The notes under the pieces: model-generated
Databases searched by the model: none
Told to the model about the DNA's origin: nothing
Seen by the model: only the letters and a program-made list of their open reading frames with translations
In this document: positions 48,580 to 56,678 of the stretch, one piece after another
How the letters are laid out: the number at the start of each line of letters is the position of its first letter
Position numbering within the stretch: the first letter of the stretch is position 1
Position numbers and translations under genes: made by a program
From: a virus
Taxonomy: Duplodnaviria > Heunggongvirae > Uroviricota > Caudoviricetes
Direction: 5' to 3' (one strand)
IMG/VR virus record: IMGVR_UViG_3300032103_000073
Length of the DNA: 64,000 bases

Positions 48580-49026
48580 ATGTCTATAACAATTAAAAAC
48601 TTAGAAGCGGCATTGGCGGGTGAAAGCCAAGCACATATCAAATATCGTTATTTTGCTAAGATTGCTCGTGAAGAAGGTTTCGAGGAAGTTGCAAAACACT
48701 TTGAACACACCGCAGACCAAGAGTTACTTCATGCCTGGGGTCACCTTGAACTATTGATCGGCAAGCCCTCTACTAAAGAGTGTCTTGAACGAGCCATCGA
48801 AGGCGAAACATACGAATTTACCGTTATGTATCCAGGTATGGTTGCAGGCGCACAGCAGGAAGGCCATATAGCAGAGCAAGAATTTATCGAGCAAATAGAC
48901 GAATCAAAAGAACATGCTGAACAGTTTAAGGCAGTTCTTGCCAAGGCAGAAAAGCGTTTTGCAGCGTTAGCAAAAGTTGAAAAACGACATGCTGAAGCAT
49001 ATAAACAAGTTATGGAGAATATGTAA
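48580..49026 (+). CDS. rbr: rubrerythrin
   Basis: AALAGESQA...Y..FA..A.EEG, QELLHA, EGETYE..MY, ESKEHA, EKRHA. Confidence 0.9.
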   Translation: MSITIKNLEAALAGESQAHIKYRYFAKIAREEGFEEVAKHFEHTADQELLHAWGHLELLIGKPSTKECLERAIEGETYEFTVMYPGMVAGAQQEGHIAEQEFIEQIDESKEHAEQFKAVLAKAEKRFAALAKVEKRHAEAYKQVMENM

Positions 49027-49154
49027 TGGAATACGTTTGCGTAGTATGTGGTCATGTCCACGATGAAGAACTTGAAGGTAAATGGGATGAGCTTCCTGAT
49101 GATTTTCTTTGCCCTGAATGTGGCGTTGGCAAAGAAGATTACGAAGCTATCTAA
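49026..49154 (+). CDS. rub: rubredoxin (42 aa)
   Basis: YVCVVCGHVHDE...WDELPDDFLCPECGVGKEDY; below the ORF-track cutoff. Confidence 0.9.
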   Translation: MEYVCVVCGHVHDEELEGKWDELPDDFLCPECGVGKEDYEAI

Positions 49155-49158
49155 AGAG

Positions 49159-49338
49159 CAGCGGTTTCTTTTCTAAGTTGAATCCAGTATGAGTTGCACG
49201 GTAAGCTAGATAAATCCGTGGGCAGGCAAGAGTATCAAAATGTAACTTAGATGACAGCTGGGAACAGACTGGCACTATTAAATAGTATTGTAACACCAGT
49301 TACAACCAACAGACTTTAAGAATTATGCGTTTAGTCTG
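49159..49338 (+). ncRNA. candidate structured leader RNA
   Basis: TCTAAGTT/AACTTAGA, CACGG/CCGTG, TTGTAAC/GTTACAA, CAGACT/AGTCTG pairings in a 205-nt non-coding gap. Confidence 0.4.
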
Positions 49339-49359
49339 TACGCAGTAAAAGGAAGAAAA

Positions 49360-50301
49360 ATGATGTTTCAATCAAAACTCGTTGCGAGTCTAAAAGCTAA
49401 CGGCAAGATCCTCCGTGAATTCAAGGACACAGTCTATATTCCATTTGGCAGCGAATATAGCTTTCTAATCAAGAACCTCAACACCACACGAGCACTGGTC
49501 AATATCTTTATTGATGGGAAAAATGTCATTGAAGGCGGCTTGGTTCTCAATGCAGGCCAAGAAGTTGACTTGGAGCGTTATGTAAAGAACGGCAACCTAA
49601 ACGAAGGCAACCGCTTCAAATTCATTGAGCGCACAAGTGCAATTGAAAACGGTCCGCGTGGTGCAAAATTGGAGGACGGACTTGTCCGTATCGAATTTCA
49701 ATTTGAAAAACCACCTGTGCGTGTTGCAGACTTACCTGAATGGCAACGTCGATCTATCTTTGGTCCCATGTACGGCAACCACGGTGGTATCGTTGGAAGT
49801 AGTAATACGAGTGAGTACCCTGGTGCCGTTGACAAGTACAGCAAGAGTACCACCGCCGGTTGGGTTGCTACTAACGGTGTAACATTCAGCCAAGTAAATG
49901 TAGGCGGAGTATTGCGTGGTGTTGACTACAGCAGGAACGGCAAAGTAACAGCACAGGCAGCAAGTGCCGCAGTAGACAAGTATTGTGCCGACAACGGTAT
50001 TATCAACCAAGTTGAACTGCACGATGGTATGTCTACAATGGACTGGATGGCGAACGATGTTGGTATCACAGTCCCTGGCAGTAAGAGCGAACAAAAGTTC
50101 CAAACCACCTACATGGGTGCAATGGAAGCTGAAAAGCATACCATTGTTCTAAAACTGTTAGGAGAAACCGCCGATAACAAACCTGTAGTAAAACCTGTTA
50201 CAGTTAAGGCCAAGCAGAAATGCGATACCTGCGGACACACAAACAAAGCCACTGCCAAATTCTGTACAGAGTGCGGTACGAGTTTAGTAATCTACGCATA
50301 A
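49360..50301 (+). CDS. hypothetical protein with C-terminal zinc ribbon
   Basis: KCDTCG..N...AKFCTECG. Confidence 0.65.
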   Translation: MMFQSKLVASLKANGKILREFKDTVYIPFGSEYSFLIKNLNTTRALVNIFIDGKNVIEGGLVLNAGQEVDLERYVKNGNLNEGNRFKFIERTSAIENGPRGAKLEDGLVRIEFQFEKPPVRVADLPEWQRRSIFGPMYGNHGGIVGSSNTSEYPGAVDKYSKSTTAGWVATNGVTFSQVNVGGVLRGVDYSRNGKVTAQAASAAVDKYCADNGIINQVELHDGMSTMDWMANDVGITVPGSKSEQKFQTTYMGAMEAEKHTIVLKLLGETADNKPVVKPVTVKAKQKCDTCGHTNKATAKFCTECGTSLVIYA

Positions 50302-50302
50302 C

Positions 50303-50326
50303 AAAAAGGGGCAATTGCCCCTTTTT
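50303..50326. terminator. bidirectional intrinsic terminator
   Basis: AAAAAGGGGC-AATT-GCCCCTTTTT. Confidence 0.75.
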
Positions 50327-50328
50327 AA

Positions 50329-50357
50329 TTGACACAAAATAGCAAAAACTATATAAT
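50329..50357 (+). promoter_or_regulatory. sigma70-like promoter
   Basis: TTGACA-17 nt-TATAAT. Confidence 0.85.
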
Positions 50358-50419
50358 AATACTAAATAAACAAGAGAAGCGATAGACGCAACTCGGACAA
50401 CTATTGTAAGGATTTTACA

Positions 50420-50782
50420 ATGTCAAAAGCAACTACATTCACCGTCGACAAGTTCTATATCTTGTCAGCAATCAACAAAACAGGCGAGCGTGTCTATTAC
50501 GACACTGACGCACACTCTGGTGGCTACCCGTACTGGAGCACTTTTTCGTCTATGGCTTGCAACAAGAAGTTCGCCAAACTGGACGACATTCCTACATTTT
50601 CTAGCACAGATTACATGCGCCGTGATGTGACAAGCATCGAGGTGCTGGAAGTCACTACTCGGGCTAAAGTAGTAGAAACTACTGAAATCGTTAGTGAAGC
50701 CCGCGCAAAGGCTATGGCAGAAATCGCCAAAATCGAAAAAGAACTGGCACAAAAAATTGCAAGACTGGAAGGTGTAAAATGA
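50420..50782 (+). CDS. hypothetical protein
   Basis: SD AAGGA; first gene of the NMNAT unit. Confidence 0.65.
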   Translation: MSKATTFTVDKFYILSAINKTGERVYYDTDAHSGGYPYWSTFSSMACNKKFAKLDDIPTFSSTDYMRRDVTSIEVLEVTTRAKVVETTEIVSEARAKAMAEIAKIEKELAQKIARLEGVK

Positions 50783-51798
50783 CTAAGCCATATGGAACTA
50801 TTATGCTGATCGGGCGTTTCCAACCCCTGCACTCGGCACACCTCGAAATTATCAAGCGTTGCACTGCACTTACCGACCAGCTGGTTGTAGTGGCAGGCAG
50901 TGCTAATCAACCCCGTACTTACAAGAACCCGTTTACTTTCGAGGAACGGGCAAAGATGATCCGTGCCGCAACAGCCGGACTAAGTATGCGTGTTTATGTT
51001 GAGCCTAACATTGACACAATCTACAATGACCAAGCCTGGGCAGTTCGTGTTCAAGGTATTCACAGCAAGTATCGCATCCTTGGTACTAAAGATGCTATCA
51101 TTGGTCACAAGAAAGACGACAGCTCGTTCTACCTTGATATGTTCCCACAGTGGGAGTACATCAATGTGGAAGAAATCGAACCCTTGAGCGCAGTTAACAT
51201 TCGCGACCTGTACTTCAAGAGCGATTGCAATATGCGTTTCATTAAAGGCGTTGTTCCTGAAACTACTTTTGATTTTCTTGAACAGTTCAAGACTACAGCT
51301 GACTACGAGCAAATCATTCGTGAGCGTGAGTTCGTAGCTAACTACAAAAAGCAATACGCAAGTCTCCCTTACCCTCCAATCTTCAGCACTGCTGATGCTG
51401 TGGTAATCCAAAGTGGCCACGTGCTGATGATTAAACGCAGAGCCGAGCCCGGAAAAAATCTAATGGCCCTGCCAGGTGGGTATGTAAATGCTCAAACGGA
51501 TAAAAGTGTAGAAGATGCCGCAATCCGCGAACTTCGTGAAGAAACTATGATTAAAGTGCCCGAGCCGGTGCTTAGGGGTTCAATTGTTCGCAGTAAAGTA
51601 TATGATGCTATTGATCGCAGTCCGCGGGGCAGAATTATAACTCACGCATTCTTAATCCAATTGCCTGATGGGGAGTTGCCAAAAGTAAAAGGATCTGACG
51701 ATGCCCTTAAAGCAAAATGGATTCCGATTGCCGAAATTAAGAGTGAGGAGACCTTCGAAGATCATTATGAGATCATACAAGACCTAGTTGGGTTTTAA
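50779..51798 (+). CDS. nadM: bifunctional NMN adenylyltransferase / ADP-ribose Nudix hydrolase (NadM-Nudix, NatV-like)
   Basis: IGRFQPLHSAH, GSAN...KNPFT..ER, Nudix box PGG...AAIRELREET, GSDDA. Confidence 0.92.
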   Translation: MTKPYGTIMLIGRFQPLHSAHLEIIKRCTALTDQLVVVAGSANQPRTYKNPFTFEERAKMIRAATAGLSMRVYVEPNIDTIYNDQAWAVRVQGIHSKYRILGTKDAIIGHKKDDSSFYLDMFPQWEYINVEEIEPLSAVNIRDLYFKSDCNMRFIKGVVPETTFDFLEQFKTTADYEQIIREREFVANYKKQYASLPYPPIFSTADAVVIQSGHVLMIKRRAEPGKNLMALPGGYVNAQTDKSVEDAAIRELREETMIKVPEPVLRGSIVRSKVYDAIDRSPRGRIITHAFLIQLPDGELPKVKGSDDALKAKWIPIAEIKSEETFEDHYEIIQDLVGF

Positions 51799-52720
51799 TT
51801 ATTGTTTCGATATCGTTGAATTTATGATAAGGGATTCTTAACAATAGTATATTGTTATCTTCACAGAACTTGTTCTTGATGTTATCATTAGCAAGTCCAG
51901 TTAAGAATCCTGCTTCATTCTTTTGTTGATCTGAGTGACGAGGAACAATCTTAAAATGTTGAACTCCGTCATATTCTATACACAAGTTATGGGATGGGAT
52001 GTAAAAGTCAAATTCAAGTGGAGCCTTGTTTCTACATTCATCAAACTTATGTTGTTCAATAAATTCAACGTCAAGGCTTTTAAGGACTGTTGCAACTCTA
52101 TCTTCGCCCTTGGATCTATTACATTTGGAACATCCGTGACCGCTGAGATGATAACCAGCAACTTGATTAAACTCGCCGTGAGTTTTACATATAATGGTTA
52201 ATTTCTTGTTATCACCTAAGTATTGAGTTTTGGAATAGTCATAGTTATCACTGTGCTTATGTTTTGCTTTTTCTATAAACATTTCGGTGGTATGGAGTTT
52301 TCTAATACGAGTCGCGTGAGCTGCACATTTGGGACAACCGTTCCCGCTTCTGTGGCTATGAGGAGTTTGTAGGAAGTCGCCGTGTTCTGGACAAGTGATA
52401 ATAATCTTAGTTGCCCAGTTTATGTAGTCAACTTTGGAATAGTCGTATTTGTTGTTATGAATAGAATTAATCTCGGCGATAAAGATTGCCGAATCTTTTC
52501 TAAAACGGAGAGAATTATTTTGTTTGCCACATTCAGCACAGCCATTTCCGTTTAAGTGGTATTCGGGCTTTTGTTGAAATTCGCCGTGGATTGGGCAGGT
52601 AATTTGTATTTTGGTTTGAAAGTTTTTGTATACTACATTAGTATACCTGTATTTGGAGTTGTGAATTATGTTCGCTCTTGCTATAAATTCGTCAGTTGTT
52701 AATCGTTTACCGGTTGCCAT
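51773..52720 (-). mobile_element. DUF723-repeat homing endonuclease with Vsr/PD-(D/E)xK-like C-terminal domain
   Basis: Three H..KY.YS...Y......I.I.C..HG.F.Q....H..G.GC..C repeats; FDFYIP..NLCIEYDG.QH; GATAAATA on minus strand at 52740-52747. Confidence 0.8.
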
Positions 52721-52782
52721 TGTATTTGTCCCTTCAGTTTATTTATCATTTTATGCTAAGAACTGTGGGCTTTACAAGGTGC

Positions 52783-52811
52783 TTGACAGAATGGTCGAAC
52801 GGTGCTATAAT
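52783..52811 (+). promoter_or_regulatory. sigma70-like promoter
   Basis: TTGACA-17 nt-TATAAT. Confidence 0.85.
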
Positions 52812-52837
52812 ATACACATCAACAAAGAAAGTATTGT

Positions 52838-53077
52838 ATGAACGAACGAATTAAAGACCTTTGGCAACAAGCCGCATGTTTTGTCAATCCATTGAAAGAA
52901 GGTGGTGAGTGGCAAGCAGAGTTTGTTGAAAAATTCACTGAATTGGTAGTGAAGGAATGTGCTATGTGTATCACTACACCAAACATTCAAGCACTACCAC
53001 CAAATGATGTTATAATGAAAACGGTTCTAGATGTGTTAGTAAGTGACATGAACGAACATTTCGGAGTCGAAGAATGA
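52838..53077 (+). CDS. small hypothetical protein (paralog A)
   Basis: MNERIK.L...F.ELVVKEC...EHFGVEE. Confidence 0.65.
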   Translation: MNERIKDLWQQAACFVNPLKEGGEWQAEFVEKFTELVVKECAMCITTPNIQALPPNDVIMKTVLDVLVSDMNEHFGVEE

Positions 53078-53313
53078 ACGAACGAATTAAAGAACTCAGA
53101 GCAAAATCTATGGTTCCTGTCCAAAAAGACGGATACACCTCTTGGGTATTTGACGAAGAACAGTTCGCCGAGTTGATTGTTCGGGAATGTCTAGAGATTG
53201 TTGAAGATGGTGTATTGAACAGCGATGGTGAAGGTGTTTGGTTTGAAGGCTATCAGCGAGGTGCTAACGAGTGCCATCGTAAGATTAAACAACATTTCGG
53301 AGTTGAAAAATGA
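53074..53313 (+). CDS. small hypothetical protein (paralog B)
   Basis: MNERIK.L...FAELIVREC...QHFGVEK. Confidence 0.65.
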   Translation: MNERIKELRAKSMVPVQKDGYTSWVFDEEQFAELIVRECLEIVEDGVLNSDGEGVWFEGYQRGANECHRKIKQHFGVEK

Positions 53314-53504
53314 CTACCAAAGAATATGACCGTTTGAATGAAGGTGCAATCGACGAAGTTGATGCAGCCGTTTGGGGCGGCGATATGTTTATCAATCGAG
53401 AAAACATTGCCGACTTTCGTAGCATGCTCAAGCGTTGGGAACAAGGCCTAAAAGAAGCAGAAGCTATTCTTGATGAAATGGAAACAATTTATGATAGTCC
53501 CTGA
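53310..53504 (+). CDS. hypothetical protein
   Basis: ATGA-coupled ORF. Confidence 0.55.
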   Translation: MTTKEYDRLNEGAIDEVDAAVWGGDMFINRENIADFRSMLKRWEQGLKEAEAILDEMETIYDSP

Positions 53505-53748
53505 TTTAGTCAATGCAGTCGAAAAAGGACGACAACATATGAACGGATATAATTTTAATTTTGCAGTAAGTGCTACTATTAGCGAACGGGTAGTTAAAGA
53601 AATGATTACCCGAGTGGTTGAGGAGCAAACTGGCAAGAAAGTCTCTAAGGTAGAGATGAATATGAAAACTGTAAGTAAAGGCTCATATCGGGGCGAATAC
53701 ACCGAAACAGTTTTCGAAGGCGTAACTGTATATTTTGAAGGAGCATAA
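53491..53748 (+). CDS. hypothetical protein
   Basis: ORF overlapping neighbours. Confidence 0.5.
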   Translation: MIVPDLVNAVEKGRQHMNGYNFNFAVSATISERVVKEMITRVVEEQTGKKVSKVEMNMKTVSKGSYRGEYTETVFEGVTVYFEGA

Positions 53749-53948
53749 TGGCCGATCCATTAGACGAAGCAGCTGAAGTAACCGAAATGTTGCTACAGCG
53801 AGCACTGAATACCAAGGCCGCAGTACCGGAAAAAACCGGATTCTGTTTGACCTGTGAAGAACCAACTCCCGGGGCATTTTGCTCTACAGAGTGCAGAGAA
53901 ATCTATGAGCAAGAGCAAAAGCTACGAGCTATTAGAGGAAAAAGTTGA
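53748..53948 (+). CDS. TraR/DksA-like zinc-finger protein
   Basis: MADPLDEA.E...GFCLTCEE...FCSTECR..YE. Confidence 0.7.
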   Translation: MADPLDEAAEVTEMLLQRALNTKAAVPEKTGFCLTCEEPTPGAFCSTECREIYEQEQKLRAIRGKS

Positions 53949-53973
53949 CACAAAAATAGGTTTGTGTTATACT
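53945..53973 (+). promoter_or_regulatory. sigma70-like promoter
   Basis: TTGACA-17 nt-TATACT. Confidence 0.8.
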
Positions 53974-54026
53974 GTAAGCAAGTCCTAAGGAAAGACCTAA
54001 GGCAATTTTAGTAAAGGAACTTTATT

Positions 54027-55427
54027 ATGAAACTCGCAAGCAACATTTTGCTGAACACAGACAGCTACAAAGTTAGCATGTTCAAACAATACCCACAAGG
54101 AACTACAGGTGTTTATTCTTACATCGAAAGCAGGGGTGGGCGTTACGATCGCACAGTATTCTTCGGACTACAGGCCTTTATCAAGGAATACCTACTCGAA
54201 CCTATTACTCAGGCAGACATTGATATCGCTGACGAAATCCTTACCGCACACGGTGAGCCTTTCAACCGAGCAGGATGGCAATACATTCTTGACAAGCACA
54301 ATGGATACCTCCCAGTTGTCATTAGAGCCGTTCCTGAAGGAACTGTTGTTCCCGTAAAGAACGTTCTGGCAACTATCGAAAATACAGACCCAGAGTGCTA
54401 CTGGCTAACTACTTATTTGGAAACTGCTTTGCTTCGTGCAGTGTGGTATCCTACTACAGTCGCAACACAAAGTTGGACTATTAAACGAGTCATTCTTGAT
54501 TATTTGGAGAAAACTGGTGACCCTACTCTTATCGATTTTAAGTTGCACGACTTCGGCGCTCGTGGCGTATCGAGTATGGAAAGTGCTGGTATCGGCGGAG
54601 CAGCGCACCTGGTCAACTTTATGGGCACTGACACTATTACTGGTATCCTTTACGCTCGTGAGTATTACAATGCTGGCATTAGCGGTTTCTCAATCCCTGC
54701 CGCAGAACACAGCACCATCACAAGTTGGGGTCGTGAAAACGAAGTAAAAGCCTATGAAAATATGCTTGCTCAGTTTGCTAAGCCTGGAGCTATTGTCGCT
54801 GTGGTGTCTGACAGCTATGATATTTACAATGCGGCCAGCAAACTTTGGGGTGAAGAACTCCGTGAAAAGGTTGTTGCCAGCGGTGCTACCGTTGTCATTC
54901 GTCCTGATAGCGGCGATCCTCTCACTGTTAATCAACAATTGATTGAGATCCTTGGAGAAAAGTTTGGATACACAAAAAACAGCAAAGGATTCAAAGTTCT
55001 TAACAACGTTCGTCTTATCCAAGGTGACGGTGTAAACGAACTCACTATCCGTAGCATTCTTGGTGGCTTTATGGCTATGGGTTGGAGTGCTGACAATATT
55101 GCTTTTGGTATGGGAGGAGCCCTACTGCAAGCAATTGATCGCGATACTCAGAAGTTTGCGATGAAGTGTAGCGCAGTTGAAATCGGTTCAGGCAACTGGA
55201 TTGATGTGCAAAAAGATCCTATTACCGATCCTGGTAAAAAGTCTAAAGCAGGTTGCGTGACTCTTTGGAAGTCAGGTGGCGAGTATGTTAGTGCAGTTAA
55301 CAAACCAACTGGTTGGACTGACCGGGGCATTGGCGATTTCGTTGATGTTCTGGAAACTGTTTACTGTGATGGTAAGTTGATCAAGGAAATTGACTTCGCT
55401 ACTGTTCGTGCTAACAGCATGAAGTAA
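54027..55427 (+). CDS. nadV: nicotinamide phosphoribosyltransferase
   Basis: LNTDSYK.S, LHDFGARG, IPAAEHS, VSDSYD, VIRPDSG, IQGDG, FGMGG, K.SK.G. Confidence 0.93.
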   Translation: MKLASNILLNTDSYKVSMFKQYPQGTTGVYSYIESRGGRYDRTVFFGLQAFIKEYLLEPITQADIDIADEILTAHGEPFNRAGWQYILDKHNGYLPVVIRAVPEGTVVPVKNVLATIENTDPECYWLTTYLETALLRAVWYPTTVATQSWTIKRVILDYLEKTGDPTLIDFKLHDFGARGVSSMESAGIGGAAHLVNFMGTDTITGILYAREYYNAGISGFSIPAAEHSTITSWGRENEVKAYENMLAQFAKPGAIVAVVSDSYDIYNAASKLWGEELREKVVASGATVVIRPDSGDPLTVNQQLIEILGEKFGYTKNSKGFKVLNNVRLIQGDGVNELTIRSILGGFMAMGWSADNIAFGMGGALLQAIDRDTQKFAMKCSAVEIGSGNWIDVQKDPITDPGKKSKAGCVTLWKSGGEYVSAVNKPTGWTDRGIGDFVDVLETVYCDGKLIKEIDFATVRANSMK

Positions 55428-55505
55428 ATTGGTAAACAAGAGAGTAGGCAGAAATGCCTACTCCTGCTATAATAAACAAATCAACAATACATTAAGGCAA
55501 ACAAA

Positions 55506-56621
55506 ATGGCATCTTACTTTCTGAAATCTGGCAATACTTACAGCGTCTCCAGCAAAGAGGCAATGGACCTGCATGACTTCCTGCCCGCAGGTAACTATGT
55601 GGTCAAACAAAATCCAATGACCAAACAGTTCTACCTCGAAGTTATTGACAGCTTTGAGATCAAGGGTAAGCTCTACGGTAACACCACCCGCCATGCAGAT
55701 CGTATCCTAAACACTTTCAAGGATCGTGGCGCCAGCACTGGTGTTATGCTGACTGGTGAAAAGGGTAGTGGTAAGACTCTGCTGACCAAGCAGATCAGTA
55801 TCAATGCTGCCGAACAAGGTATCCCCACCATTGTTATCAACAGCCCTTGGTGTGGTGATCCTTTCAACAGCTTTATGCAGAACATTGATCAGCCTTGTGT
55901 GATCCTGTTTGACGAGTTTGAAAAGGTCTACGACAAAGAACAGCAAGAGGCAATTCTGACTCTGCTGGACGGTGTGTACCCAAGCAAGAAACTGTTCCTG
56001 CTGACTTGCAATGACAAGTGGCGTGTGGACCAACACATGCGTAACCGTCCTGGTCGTATCTTCTACATGATCGACTTCAAAGGTCTGGATGTTGACTTCG
56101 TTCGTGAATACTGTGAAGACAACCTGAAGAACAAGGACCACATCCAATCGGTCTGTAACATCAGTAGCATCTTTAACCAATTTAACTTTGACATGCTCAA
56201 GGCCATGGTTGAGGATATGAACCGCTACGGTGAAACTCCGCAAGAAGTCATCAAGCTACTGAACGCCAAGCCTGAGTTCAGCAGTGAAGTCAAGTTCGAC
56301 GTTAGCCTGCAGGTCAAGGGTATTGACGTTGAGTTCGAGCAGCTGGGTACCAAACAGTGGAGTGGTAACCCGCTGACTGATGAGTCCGAAATCAGCTGGA
56401 AGAACTACACTGATGAAGATAGTGAAGACGAAGCTCCTGTGCTAACAGCGGCTACTACTTCCAAGTCACGTGACTGGAACTGGGATTACGCCTGCTTCAC
56501 ACCTCGTAACCTGCTAAAGGTAGACGCTGCTAACAGCAAGTTTATCTTTGTCAATGAAGACGGAGACCGCATGGTGCTGACTCGCAGTAAGGAACGAACC
56601 TTCCATTACGATGCGTTTTAA
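55506..56621 (+). CDS. AAA+ ATPase
   Basis: GEKGSGKT, LFDEFEK, LLDG, LTCN, NRPGRI. Confidence 0.88.
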   Translation: MASYFLKSGNTYSVSSKEAMDLHDFLPAGNYVVKQNPMTKQFYLEVIDSFEIKGKLYGNTTRHADRILNTFKDRGASTGVMLTGEKGSGKTLLTKQISINAAEQGIPTIVINSPWCGDPFNSFMQNIDQPCVILFDEFEKVYDKEQQEAILTLLDGVYPSKKLFLLTCNDKWRVDQHMRNRPGRIFYMIDFKGLDVDFVREYCEDNLKNKDHIQSVCNISSIFNQFNFDMLKAMVEDMNRYGETPQEVIKLLNAKPEFSSEVKFDVSLQVKGIDVEFEQLGTKQWSGNPLTDESEISWKNYTDEDSEDEAPVLTAATTSKSRDWNWDYACFTPRNLLKVDAANSKFIFVNEDGDRMVLTRSKERTFHYDAF

Positions 56622-56629
56622 TAAATAAA

Positions 56630-56668
56630 TTAGAATATTACACGGATAGATTCCGTGTAATATTCTAA
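56630..56668. repeat. perfect 17-bp inverted repeat
   Basis: TTAGAATATTACACGGA-TAGAT-TCCGTGTAATATTCTAA. Confidence 0.9.
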
Positions 56669-56678
56669 GATTATAGTA

